From assembly GCA_036501515.1 (NCBI GenBank), contig DASYAD010000395.1:1481-65480 (forward strand): DNA of 64,000 nucleotides. The letters are read 5' to 3'. The notes beneath the pieces are model-generated. The model worked only from the letters and a program-made list of their open reading frames with translations. It was not told the DNA's origin and ran no database searches. Below are positions 47,572-57,045 of this stretch, piece by piece (position 1 is the first letter of the stretch; each line of letters opens with the position of its first letter). This stretch comes from Trebonia sp. Lineage in GTDB: Bacteria > Actinomycetota > Actinomycetes > Streptosporangiales > Streptosporangiaceae. The position numbers were made by a program, and so were the translations under genes.

Positions 47572-48750
47572 TCAGCCCGGCAACCGCGCGAGGTCGGGCT
47601 CCGCCTCCACGTCGTAATCATAGATCCACGCCCGCAGCTGCCGCGTGTCCACGATCTCCCGGTCCCGGCTCTCGGCCGTGCGGTTCACCTGATCGTAGCG
47701 TTCGCCGTTGCGCCGCGAATTGTTCTGCACGACGTCGGTCCGCCGCCGCCGCACCTGCGCGTAGTGCCGCAGCGCGGCCGGCACGTCCGCCGCCGAGGCG
47801 CCCTTGAGCACCGCGGCCAGCGCGAAGCCGTCCTCGATGCTCTGGTTGGCGCCCTGGCCGAGATGCGGCAGCATCGGGTGGGCGGCGTCGCCGAGCAGCG
47901 TCAGCCGGCCACTGGTCCAGTCGGCCAGCGGCTCACGGTCGTAAAGACCCCACCAGAACGTGGTGTCCACCTGCTCGAGCAAGCGGGTCACCGGCTCCGC
48001 CCAGCCCCGGAAGGCCGCGCGAAGCGCGTCGGGCGAGCCGGGCGCGGACCAGGACTCGCGCATCTCCTCGTCCGCCGGCACGAAGCAGACGAAGTTGAGC
48101 AGCTTGCCCGCGCGCAGCGGGAAGACGATGACGTGCTTGCTCTCGCCCATCCAGACCTGGAAGATCCGCTCAGGCCACCACGGCGCGCGCCCCGCGTCGA
48201 TCACCCCGCGGTAGGCGACCGAGCCGGAGAAGACCGGCGTGGCCCGTCCGGTCACGAACGGCTGCAGCGCCGAGTGGATCCCGTCGGCGGCGATCACCAC
48301 GTCGGCCTCGGCGGTGGCGCCGTTATCGAACGTGACCCGGGCCTTCTCGGCGCTCTGGTCGACCGAGACGGCGCGGTGCCCGGTGTGCACCCGGTGCCCG
48401 GGGACCGCGCGCCGCAGCACGTCGACCAGGTCCGCCCGGTGCATCCCGTACATCGCGGCCCAGCCGGACGAGTCGGTGGTCATCACCGGCGCGACCCGCG
48501 TGCCGTCGTGCCGGTAGTAGGTCGATCCCTCGCCCACCCAGCCGCCGACTTCGTCCAGCGCATCGCCCAGGCCCAGCCGGTGCAGCAAGCGCGCGCTGTT
48601 CGGCCCGATCAGCACGCCCGCGCCGACCTCGCCAAGCGCGGGCGCCTGCTCGTAGACCGACGCCTCGACGCCAGCCCGGGTCAGTGCCCCGGCCGCCGCG
48701 AGGCCGCCGATCCCGCCCCCTACCACCACCGCCGTCAGTGCCTTTTCCAT
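47572..48750 (-). CDS. FAD-dependent monooxygenase (salicylate hydroxylase-like)
   Basis: GGGIGGL, ADGIHS, LLGDAAHPMLPHLGQGANQSIED. Confidence 0.92.
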   Translation of the reverse strand: MEKALTAVVVGGGIGGLAAAGALTRAGVEASVYEQAPALGEVGAGVLIGPNSARLLHRLGLGDALDEVGGWVGEGSTYYRHDGTRVAPVMTTDSSGWAAMYGMHRADLVDVLRRAVPGHRVHTGHRAVSVDQSAEKARVTFDNGATAEADVVIAADGIHSALQPFVTGRATPVFSGSVAYRGVIDAGRAPWWPERIFQVWMGESKHVIVFPLRAGKLLNFVCFVPADEEMRESWSAPGSPDALRAAFRGWAEPVTRLLEQVDTTFWWGLYDREPLADWTSGRLTLLGDAAHPMLPHLGQGANQSIEDGFALAAVLKGASAADVPAALRHYAQVRRRRTDVVQNNSRRNGERYDQVNRTAESRDREIVDTRQLRAWIYDYDVEAEPDLARLPG

Positions 48751-48839
48751 ACGCCGATCCTAACCATAAGAACGTACGACAACAACAAGATAATGCGATA
48801 ATTATGACCCTACTGGCGACAAAAAGCCGTGAAACATGA

Positions 48840-48860
48840 CGATTATCTCATGGATAATCG
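48840..48860. promoter_or_regulatory. palindromic operator candidate (GntR?) in divergent AT-rich promoter
   Basis: CGATTATC-TCATG-GATAATCG. Confidence 0.6.
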
Positions 48861-48933
48861 ATGTTAATGGCCAGACGTGACGAGGTGGCAATCCGTGAAC
48901 GAGTACCGCGACCCACAGCAGGAGGCCCGCCCG

Positions 48934-50235
48934 ATGGACGATCAGCCGGATGACGCCGGGCGCTGCCCGTTTCACGCGGACGCGGCGCCCGCGGTCAGCG
49001 AGGCGCTGGCCAAGGAACTCGACCCGTTCGGGCCCGCCTACCTGGCCGACCCGTACGCGGTGTTCGCGCGGGCACGCGACGAGGGCCGCGTCTTCTACAG
49101 CGAAGAGCTCGACCAGTGGCTGGTCACCCGCTACGACGACATCAGGGCGGTGCTCCGCGACACGAAGCGCTACTCGGCTGACAACGCGACCAAGCCGCTG
49201 CAGCCGCTGCCGCCCGAGGCGCTGGCCGCGCTGGCGCGGGCGGACTTCCGGCCCCGGCGGGTGCTGGTCGACAACGACCCCCCGGACCACGTGCGGATCC
49301 GCCGGCATGTCAACAAGGCCTTCAACGCGCGCCGGCTGCAGCTGCTCGAACCCGACATCAGGGAGCTGGCCCGCCGCCACATCGCGGACCTGGCCGAAGC
49401 CGGCGACGGCGAGATCGATTTCGTCAGGGCGCTGGCGTACCCGCTGCCCGCGCTGGTGATCTTCCGCCTGTTCGGCGTGCCGGAAGACCGGCTTGAGCTC
49501 ATCAAGCGAGGATCAAGGGACCGGGTGACGCTCACCGACGGCAAGGCCGCGGGGGAGGAGCTGCAGCAGGCGGCCGAAGGGGTCGGCGCGTTCTTCGCCT
49601 ACTGCCGCGAGATCATCACCGACCGGCTGGCCGAGCTCCGCGACGACTTCCCAAGCGACCTGATCAGGTCAGGGCAGGGAGACGAGACCGCGCCGGACTT
49701 CGACGAGCTGGTCACGATCATGTACTCGATCCTGTTCGCCGGGCACGAGACCACCACCGGCTTCCTCACCCACCTGATGCGCCGCTGCCTGGCCGAGCCC
49801 GGCCTGTGGGCGCGCCTGCGGGCGGACCGTGAACTCATCCCCGGGGTCGTCGAGGAGGTGCTCCGCCTGGACCCGCCGGTGATCAACTGGCAGCGGCGGG
49901 CCAAGGAAGAGGTCCAGATCGGCGGCACGGTGATCCCGGCCGACGCCGAGATACTGCTCCTGCTCGGCTCGGGCAACCACGACGCGGCCGCCTTCGAGCG
50001 GCCCGACGAGCTCGACCCGGACCGGGCGAACGCCCACTCGCACCTGTCCTTCGGGGCCGGCGTCCACCTGTGCCTGGGCGCGCCGCTGGCCCGGCTGGAA
50101 GGCCGCGTCGTCCTCGAGGAGCTGCTCGACGCGTTCCCGCAGCCGAGCCTGCCCGGGCAGAAGCTGCCGTTCCGGGCGACGCTGAAGTTCTGGAACCCCG
50201 AGCGGCTGCTGATCCGCCCGCACGGTGCCGCGTGA
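48934..50235 (+). CDS. cytochrome P450 (possibly CYP116-like heme domain)
   Basis: GRCPFH N-terminus, AGHETT, EEVLR, FGAGVHLCLG; AGGAGG RBS. Confidence 0.92.
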   Translation: MDDQPDDAGRCPFHADAAPAVSEALAKELDPFGPAYLADPYAVFARARDEGRVFYSEELDQWLVTRYDDIRAVLRDTKRYSADNATKPLQPLPPEALAALARADFRPRRVLVDNDPPDHVRIRRHVNKAFNARRLQLLEPDIRELARRHIADLAEAGDGEIDFVRALAYPLPALVIFRLFGVPEDRLELIKRGSRDRVTLTDGKAAGEELQQAAEGVGAFFAYCREIITDRLAELRDDFPSDLIRSGQGDETAPDFDELVTIMYSILFAGHETTTGFLTHLMRRCLAEPGLWARLRADRELIPGVVEEVLRLDPPVINWQRRAKEEVQIGGTVIPADAEILLLLGSGNHDAAAFERPDELDPDRANAHSHLSFGAGVHLCLGAPLARLEGRVVLEELLDAFPQPSLPGQKLPFRATLKFWNPERLLIRPHGAA

Positions 50236-50456
50236 ACCGCGGCGGCGTCCAGGCCCTGCTGTCCTGGCTGACCCGGGTGTTCTGGCGCTGGTGCGAGCTC
50301 GTCGGGCAGTGCCTGGACTACGGGTACCCGGACGCGCTGCCCGGCGACGACCGCTGGGCCGCGCGGCTGCCCGCTCCCGGCGAGGAGTACATCGCGGACG
50401 GCATCAGGCAGCTGGAGCGTTACGTGGAGCTGCGGAGCAGGCGCCCGTGGCACTAG
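50232..50456 (+). CDS. small hypothetical protein (74 aa, Trp-rich)
   Basis: GTGA overlap with P450 stop, GC3-rich codons, stop overlaps start of next gene. Confidence 0.65.
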   Translation: MNRGGVQALLSWLTRVFWRWCELVGQCLDYGYPDALPGDDRWAARLPAPGEEYIADGIRQLERYVELRSRRPWH

Positions 50457-51865
50457 GCGGTCTGGCGCCGGACACCGCCGCGGCCGGCCAGCAGCCGCCC
50501 GCCGCCGTGGACGTGGTCGTGGTGGGAGCGGGGCTGGCCGGCGCCGCCGCCGCGCTGGCCGCGGCCGAACGGGGCGCTGCGGTCTGCCTGCTTGAGAAGG
50601 GACCCGCGGCGGGCGGCTCCACGGTCAAGGCGGGCGGCGGGCTGCTGTTCGCCGGCACCAGCCTGCAGCGTCAGCACGGCGTGACCGACAGCGCCGAGGC
50701 GCTCCGCCAGTCGATCGTGGCGGCCGGGCGCGACCGCGGCGATCCCGTCGCCGTCGACGTCTATGTGCGCAACCAGCTGGCCGCCTACGACTGGCTCACC
50801 GGACTCGGCCAGGCCTTCTCCCTCGCGCCCGCCAACGGCGACATCACCGTGCCCCGCCTGCACGCGGCCCGGCCTGAGGCACTGACCCGGCTGCTGCTCG
50901 AGCGGTTCGCGGACACCGGCCGCGGCCAGCTGCTGACGGAGGCGCCCGCCCGGCGCCTCATCGCCGCCGACGGGCGGGTCACCGGCGTATGCGTGCGCCA
51001 CCAGGGCCGTGAGCGGCCGATCAGCGCCCGGCGCGGCGTGATCCTGGCCACCGGCGGCTTCACCCAGAGCCAGCGGCTGCTGCGCACGTTCGCGCCCGGC
51101 TGGGCCGACGCGGTCGCGATGGGCGGCGACGGCAACACCGGCGACGGGCTGCTGATGGCGATGGCGTGCGGCGCCCAGCTGGCCGACATGGGCTACGTCG
51201 AGGGCACCTTCGGCGCTTCCGCCGTCGACTTCCCCGGGCTGGCCGCCCCGGCCGGGACCGGTCCGCGGCTGCTGTTCCCGCACAGCGCGGGCGCGATCGT
51301 CGTCAACGGCGGCGGGCGGCGTTTCGTCAACGAGGGGCTCGGCTACAAGGCCATCGCCGGCGTCTGCGCGCGCCAGCCGGACGGGCTCGCCTTCCAGGTG
51401 TTCGACCAGCGGGTGATGGACAAGTCCGTCCCGGTGCCGAAGCCGCGCGACTTCGCAGGCGCGCTCGCCGACGGCCTGCTGTTCCAGGCGCCGACGCTGG
51501 ACGCGCTGGCCGGGCTGCTGCGCGTCGACCCGGCCGCGCTGCGCGGCACGGTAGACGCCTACAACGGCTACGTGCGCGGCGGCGCCGACCCGGAGCACGG
51601 CCGCGACCTGGCGGCGGCCGCGGAGATCACCGCGCCCGCGTTCTACGGGTACCCGTGCCGCGCGGGCCTGACGACCACGTACTGCGGCCTGCGGATCACC
51701 AGCCGGCTGCAGGTGCTCGATGTCTTCGACGAGCCGATCGGCGGCCTGTACGCCGCGGGCGAGGTGGTCGGCGGCCTGCACGGCGCCGGCTACCTGACCG
51801 GGACAGGACTGGGCAAGGCGGCGGTGTTCGGCTGGGCCGCCGGGCTCGCGGCAGCAGGCTGGTAG
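50447..51865 (+). CDS. FAD-binding oxidoreductase (fumarate reductase/KstD superfamily)
   Basis: VGAGLAG, LATGGF, NTGDG, RFVNE, GLYAAGE. Confidence 0.88.
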   Translation: MALGGLAPDTAAAGQQPPAAVDVVVVGAGLAGAAAALAAAERGAAVCLLEKGPAAGGSTVKAGGGLLFAGTSLQRQHGVTDSAEALRQSIVAAGRDRGDPVAVDVYVRNQLAAYDWLTGLGQAFSLAPANGDITVPRLHAARPEALTRLLLERFADTGRGQLLTEAPARRLIAADGRVTGVCVRHQGRERPISARRGVILATGGFTQSQRLLRTFAPGWADAVAMGGDGNTGDGLLMAMACGAQLADMGYVEGTFGASAVDFPGLAAPAGTGPRLLFPHSAGAIVVNGGGRRFVNEGLGYKAIAGVCARQPDGLAFQVFDQRVMDKSVPVPKPRDFAGALADGLLFQAPTLDALAGLLRVDPAALRGTVDAYNGYVRGGADPEHGRDLAAAAEITAPAFYGYPCRAGLTTTYCGLRITSRLQVLDVFDEPIGGLYAAGEVVGGLHGAGYLTGTGLGKAAVFGWAAGLAAAGW

Positions 51866-51875
51866 CATCCGCAAG

Positions 51876-52712
51876 ATGACCGACTCCCCGTCCGCGATCG
51901 ACGACCGGGCGGACCTCAACCGGGGCGCCCCCGACGATCCCGACGACCAGGACGCGGGCGGGCGCACCTACGTCACCGCGTTCAGCCGGGGCCTGCGCAT
52001 CATCAGCTGCTTCTCCGCCGCCCGGCCGAGCCTGACGATCGCCGAGGTGGCCAAGGCGGCCGGCCTGAACCGGGCCACGGCCCGCCGCCTGCTGCTGACG
52101 CTGGAAGCCGACGGGTACGCCAGCCAGCGCGACGGACGGTACAGCCTCACGCCGCGGGTCCTCGACCTCGGCTACAGCTACCTGTCGTCGCTGCCGCTCG
52201 ACACCCTGCTCTACCCGAGCTTGTTCGCGGTGGCCGACCGGTTCCGCGAGTCCTGCTCAGCCGGCGTGCTCGACGGGCACGACGTGGTCTGGGTGGCCCG
52301 CGCCCAGACGTCACACCCGCGGGTGATGACGCTGGTGAACCGCGTCGGCAGCCGCAGGCCCGCCTACCTCACGGCGCTTGGCATGGTGCTGCTCTCCGGC
52401 CTGCCAGACGACCGGCTCGACGAGTACCTGCGCACCGCTGACCTGCGCAAGCAGACTGACAAGACGATCACGAGCCCCGCTCAGCTGCTCGCTGACATCC
52501 TCGCCACCCGGGTCAACGGCTGGTACCTGGCCGACGAGCCGGTGGAGTACGGGGTCCGGGCGATCGCCGTGCCCGTGGCCACACCCGACGGCAACACGCT
52601 GGCCCTCAGCATCGCCTCGCACGTGTCGGCGCAGGTCATGATGGACAGCTTCCTGCCCGCGCTCAAACAGACCGCCACCGAGATCGAGCACCTGCTCCTG
52701 CTGCGGAACTGA
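51876..52712 (+). CDS. IclR family regulator #2
   Basis: YVTAFSRGL, LTIAEVAKAAGLNRATARR, HPRVMTL. Confidence 0.93.
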   Translation: MTDSPSAIDDRADLNRGAPDDPDDQDAGGRTYVTAFSRGLRIISCFSAARPSLTIAEVAKAAGLNRATARRLLLTLEADGYASQRDGRYSLTPRVLDLGYSYLSSLPLDTLLYPSLFAVADRFRESCSAGVLDGHDVVWVARAQTSHPRVMTLVNRVGSRRPAYLTALGMVLLSGLPDDRLDEYLRTADLRKQTDKTITSPAQLLADILATRVNGWYLADEPVEYGVRAIAVPVATPDGNTLALSIASHVSAQVMMDSFLPALKQTATEIEHLLLLRN

Positions 52713-52740
52713 GCGGCCGGCCGCGCCGGCCGGCTCAGTT
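52707..52740. repeat. palindrome joining the 3' ends of the convergent iclR paralogs
   Basis: AACTGAGCGGCCGGC-CGC-GCCGGCCGGCTCAGTT. Confidence 0.7.
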
Positions 52741-53529
52741 GCGCATGTTCAGCAGTTTTTCCAGCCCGGCGGCGGTTTCCAGCAGCGGCGGCACGAAGTT
52801 CGCCTCGAGGTAGCTCAGCGAGTGCCGCGAGGCGTGCGACGCCACGCTGATGGCCAGGGACGGCCCCTCCCGCCGCCGCACCGGCACCGCGGCCGCCCGG
52901 ATGCCGAGCTCGATCTCCTGGTCCATGATGAAATACCCCTTGGCCCGGACGCCGAGGATCTGCGCGCGCAGTTCGGCCGGGTCGCTGACGGTGTTCTCCG
53001 TCTCCTTGCGCAGCTCAGTGGTGCGCAGGTACTCATCGAGCCGGTCGTCGGGCAGCTCGGCGAGCAGCACCCGGCCGAGCGCCGTCAGGTAGGCGGGGAT
53101 CCGGGTTCCGACGTGCAGGGCCAGGGTCATCACCCGCGGGTGCGACGTCTGGGCGCGCTCGACGAAGACGACGTCGTGACCGTCGAGCACCCCGGCCGAG
53201 CAGGACTCGTGCAGCTGGTCGGCGAGCTGGAGCAGCTGGCGGTGAACCAGGCGGTCGACCGAGATGGACGACAGGTACGCGTAGCCGAGCTCGAGCACCC
53301 GGGGACGCAGCGAGTAGCGGCCGTTCTCGCTGCCCGCGTAACCGTCCGCCTCGAGCGTGTGCAGGAACCGGCGCGCGGTGGCCCGGTTCAGCCCGGCCGC
53401 CTTGGCGACCTCGGCAATGGTCAGTACCGGGTTGGCCGCGGAGAAGCAGCGGATGACCGCCATACCGCGGCTGAAGGCGGTGACGTACGTCTCTGAGTGG
53501 TCGTCCTCGACGGGCCCGGTCTCGGTCAC
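52735..53529 (-). CDS. IclR family regulator #3
   Basis: YVTAFSRGM, LTIAEVAKAAGLNRATARR, HPRVMTL, DQEIELGIR; GTGA overlap with ABC gene. Confidence 0.93.
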   Translation of the reverse strand: MTETGPVEDDHSETYVTAFSRGMAVIRCFSAANPVLTIAEVAKAAGLNRATARRFLHTLEADGYAGSENGRYSLRPRVLELGYAYLSSISVDRLVHRQLLQLADQLHESCSAGVLDGHDVVFVERAQTSHPRVMTLALHVGTRIPAYLTALGRVLLAELPDDRLDEYLRTTELRKETENTVSDPAELRAQILGVRAKGYFIMDQEIELGIRAAAVPVRRREGPSLAISVASHASRHSLSYLEANFVPPLLETAAGLEKLLNMRN

Positions 53530-56252
53530 GCGATTCCCCCGGGGGTCGCGAAGTCACCGACGTAGGTTTCGAGCACGCCGGGGTGCGCGAGGACGTCGGC
53601 CGGGGCGCCCTCGGCGAGAATGCTCCCCGCCGCCAGGACCGTCATCCGGTCGCTGACCGCCCGCACCATGTCCAGGTTGTGCTCGATGAGCAGCACCGCG
53701 ATGTTCCTGGTGGTCGCGAGTTCCCTGATGAGGGTGCCGAGAGCCTCGCTCTCGGGGTCGCTGAGACCCGCGGCAGGCTCGTCGAGCAGCAGCACCGCGG
53801 GGTTCGACGCAAGGGCGCGCATGATCGCGATCATACGGCGGCGGCCGAACGGCAGTGACGAAGGCAGCACGTCCAGCGTGTCCTCAAGCTGGCTTTCCCG
53901 CAGGGCGTCGAGCACCAGCGGTCCCAGCCGCGGCCTGGCCGGGCGCACGATGTCGGACAGGTAGCGCAGCACGGCGCCGTCGTCGGCGCCGACCGCCAGG
54001 TTCTCCCTGACGGTCAGGTCGTCGAACAGCTCGAGCGACTGGAACGTGCGGGCGATGCCGAGCCGGGCGCGCCGGCGCGCGCCCCAGCGGGTGACGTCGG
54101 TGTCGTCGACCATGATCCGTCCCGCCGCGAGCGGCACGAAGCCGGTCACGGCGTCGATGAACGTGGTCTTGCCGGCGCCGTTGGGCCCGATGAGGCCGTG
54201 CACCTCGCCCGGCCGGACGGTGACCGTCACGTCGTTGACGGCCACCACGCCGCCGAACGCCACCCGCAGGTTCTCCACCCGCAGCGTCTTCGGACTCACC
54301 CGCCAGGCCGTCAGACCGCCTTCGGCGGCGCTGTCTCCCGCTGCGCTTGCCCGCGTGAGATCCGCGGCCGCGGGGGCCGTGGATCTCGCGCGAGCCGGCC
54401 GGACCCGGTCCCGCAGCCGCAGCAGCAGCCCGGAGTTCAGGTCGAACAGGCCGCTGGGGTTGCGGCGCAGCACCAGCAGCAGGCCGACGGAACCGGCCAG
54501 CGGGATCCACGCGTTGATGTTCTGCACGCTGAAGAAGATCTGGGTGACCACGCCGCTCGGCAGCAGGGTGGCGCCGATCACCGCGCCCAGGATGTTGCCG
54601 ACGCCGCCGACGACCGTCACCGTGACGAAGTTGATCGACGTCAGCAGGTCGAAGCTGCCCGAGGTCACGGTCGGGCTGAGGAACGCGTAGAGCATGCCGC
54701 CGACCCCGGCGATGGCACTGGCGACGGTGAACGCGTACACCTTGGCCCCGTACACGTGCACGCCGAGCGCGGCCGCGGCCCGCTCGTTGGACCGGACCGC
54801 GAGCATCCGGCGCCCGGCGTCGCCCCGGCGGATGTTCGCCACCGCGAGCGCCAGCAGCACCAGCACGACCACCACGGTCACCCCGTACCTGGCCGGGTGC
54901 GCGGTGGGGTCGATGCTCCAGCCGAACAGGGTCGGGCTGTTCTGCGTCACCCCGTTCTCGCCGCCGGACAGCGTGTAGTTGTTCAGGATGAGATCGAAGA
55001 TCACCATGCCCGCGGCGAGCGTGGCCACCGCCAGGCTGACGCCGCGGGCGCGCAGCGACGGCAGGGCGAGCAGGGCGCCGAGGACCCCGGTGATGACCAG
55101 GGCGCCGACGAGCGCCGCGAGAAACGGGAAGTGCCAGTTTGCACTGAGCCTGGCCGCCGCCAGCGCGCCCACCCCGGCCAGGATGTACTGCGCGAGGGAG
55201 AGCTGGCCCGCGTACCCGGTGATGACGACCACTGACAGGGTGATCACCGAGAACGCCAGCGTCACCGTCAGCGCCGTCGACCACTCCGGCGGCACGACGA
55301 TCAGCAGGACGATCATGACGGCCGCGAGCACGGCTACGACGGGCGGGCGGACCCGGCCGGTACCTGCCTTGGGCAGCTTGTCGATGACGAACGAGCGCAG
55401 CGGGATGCCGCGGCCTCTGATCACCAGGTAGGCGACGATCAGGATGTACGGGATGCTGAGGGACCACCCGGGGGTGGTCACGTAGAGGCTGGTGACCGAC
55501 TGGGCCACGCCAAGCACCAGCCCGCCGACCAGGGCCAGCGGGAAGGACAGGAAACTGCCCGCGAGCCCGGCCCCGATCGCGGGGACGATCAGCAGGACCA
55601 GGGTGCCGGCCTGCAGGTAGTCGATGGGGGCGACGAGCACCCCGGCGAACGCGGCCAGCGCGGCCCCGAGCGCCCAGTTCACGGTGGCCACCGTGTCCGG
55701 CGAGTGGCCGGTGACCGACGCGGCGAGCTGGTTCTCGGCCACCGCCGACGTTACCCGGCCGAAGGAGCTGTAGCGGTAGAAGAACCAGAGCGCGGCCGTG
55801 ACCGCGACGCCGATCGCGAACAAGATGATGATGTTGAGGCCGATGCGGACCCCGGGGAGCACTGTCACGCTGCTGATCGGCAGCGACGACGGAACGGAAG
55901 CGGTGTTTCCCTGGTAGATGATGGCCGCGATCGACGACAGCAGGCCGAGCACGCCGAGGGTGGCGATCAGCCGGGCCACCGCCGACGCGTTCCGCATCGG
56001 CCGCAGCACGAACAGGTGCACGGCCGCCCCCATGGCGGCGCAGGCGGCCATCGCGGCGACCAGCCCGGCCCAGTACGGCCAGCCGTTGAGCACGTGCAGC
56101 TCGTAGAAGATGTAGGCGCCGATCATCAGGAAGCCCGTTTGCGCGAAGTTGAGGATTCCCGAAGCCCGGTAGACCAGCACCAGCCCCTGGGCGACGATCC
56201 CGTAGATAGCCCCGACCCCGAGACCAAGCAAGGCGAAAGTCAGCAGTTCCAC
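53526..56252 (-). CDS. fused Liv-type ABC permease-permease-ATPase (LivH-LivM-LivG-like)
   Basis: GILNFAQ, GYAGQLSLAQ, GPNGAGKTT, ARTFQ, LLLDEPAAGL, IEHN. Confidence 0.92.
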   Translation of the reverse strand: MELLTFALLGLGVGAIYGIVAQGLVLVYRASGILNFAQTGFLMIGAYIFYELHVLNGWPYWAGLVAAMAACAAMGAAVHLFVLRPMRNASAVARLIATLGVLGLLSSIAAIIYQGNTASVPSSLPISSVTVLPGVRIGLNIIILFAIGVAVTAALWFFYRYSSFGRVTSAVAENQLAASVTGHSPDTVATVNWALGAALAAFAGVLVAPIDYLQAGTLVLLIVPAIGAGLAGSFLSFPLALVGGLVLGVAQSVTSLYVTTPGWSLSIPYILIVAYLVIRGRGIPLRSFVIDKLPKAGTGRVRPPVVAVLAAVMIVLLIVVPPEWSTALTVTLAFSVITLSVVVITGYAGQLSLAQYILAGVGALAAARLSANWHFPFLAALVGALVITGVLGALLALPSLRARGVSLAVATLAAGMVIFDLILNNYTLSGGENGVTQNSPTLFGWSIDPTAHPARYGVTVVVVLVLLALAVANIRRGDAGRRMLAVRSNERAAAALGVHVYGAKVYAFTVASAIAGVGGMLYAFLSPTVTSGSFDLLTSINFVTVTVVGGVGNILGAVIGATLLPSGVVTQIFFSVQNINAWIPLAGSVGLLLVLRRNPSGLFDLNSGLLLRLRDRVRPARARSTAPAAADLTRASAAGDSAAEGGLTAWRVSPKTLRVENLRVAFGGVVAVNDVTVTVRPGEVHGLIGPNGAGKTTFIDAVTGFVPLAAGRIMVDDTDVTRWGARRRARLGIARTFQSLELFDDLTVRENLAVGADDGAVLRYLSDIVRPARPRLGPLVLDALRESQLEDTLDVLPSSLPFGRRRMIAIMRALASNPAVLLLDEPAAGLSDPESEALGTLIRELATTRNIAVLLIEHNLDMVRAVSDRMTVLAAGSILAEGAPADVLAHPGVLETYVGDFATPGGIA

Positions 56253-56314
56253 GCGTTGCTCCTTGCTGCCAGATGAGCGGCCCCAGTGGCGCCCGGCATT
56301 AGCCAGGTCCTGTG

Positions 56315-56508
56315 TGTTTGCCTAGCGCCCGTGTGTTCTCCAGGCGACCACATCACCATGGCAGACGCCGCTGCCATTGTCCAGCGTCCGGTATCGCGAC
56401 CCTCTCACTGGGGTTACGGCCGCCTTCACCGGCGCATATCCGGCCTTGACAGGCTTCTCGTTCCGCTCTTACCGTGAATAAATCGCACACAAGGGCGCTG
56501 GACGAACA
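56315..56508. promoter_or_regulatory. divergent promoter region with TTGACA-N18-TACCGT and two degenerate operators
   Basis: TTGACA 56446-56451, TACCGT 56470-56475; TGTTTGCCTAGCGCCCG (56315-56331) and AGGGCGCTGGACGAACA (56492-56508). Confidence 0.6.
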
Positions 56509-56555
56509 GGCAACGTGCCTGCCTGTCCCGTGACCAGGAGACCCGAGCCGCCGTT

Positions 56556-57032
56556 ATGACCCATCAGCGCGCAGCCATCAGGATGGACGAGGACGAGGTC
56601 TCAGCCTTCCTCGCCCAGCCCGGCCAGACCATGACGGTCGCCACCCTGCTGGCCGACGGCCGCCCGCACCTGACGGCGGTCTGGTACGGCTTCGCGGCCG
56701 ACGGGACACTCGGCTTCACCTGCTACGCGAAGTCGCAGAAGGCGCTGAACCTGCGCGCCGACCAGCGGGTCACCGTCCTGGTTGAGGACGGGCAGGAGCA
56801 CGGCGAGCTGCGCGGGGTCCAGCTCCTCGCCCGCGCCGAACTCACCTCCGACCTGGCCGTGAAGGCCGTGATCAGCGCCAGCGTCGCGTCCCGCTACCCG
56901 GCCAGGCCGCACCCGGACGGGCCCGGGCCGGCGCTGCAGCGGCGCGTCGCGGTACTCATCCGCCCGCAGCTGATCATCTCCTGGGACCACCGCAAGCTGG
57001 CACACGCCGGGACCGGCGGCCACCGACCGTGA
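56556..57032 (+). CDS. PPOX-class (pyridoxamine 5'-phosphate oxidase-like) F420-dependent protein
   Basis: ATLLADGRPHLTAVWY, KSQKALNLRADQRV, SWDHRK. Confidence 0.85.
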   Translation: MTHQRAAIRMDEDEVSAFLAQPGQTMTVATLLADGRPHLTAVWYGFAADGTLGFTCYAKSQKALNLRADQRVTVLVEDGQEHGELRGVQLLARAELTSDLAVKAVISASVASRYPARPHPDGPGPALQRRVAVLIRPQLIISWDHRKLAHAGTGGHRP

Positions 57033-57045
57033 GAGGCAAGAGACC

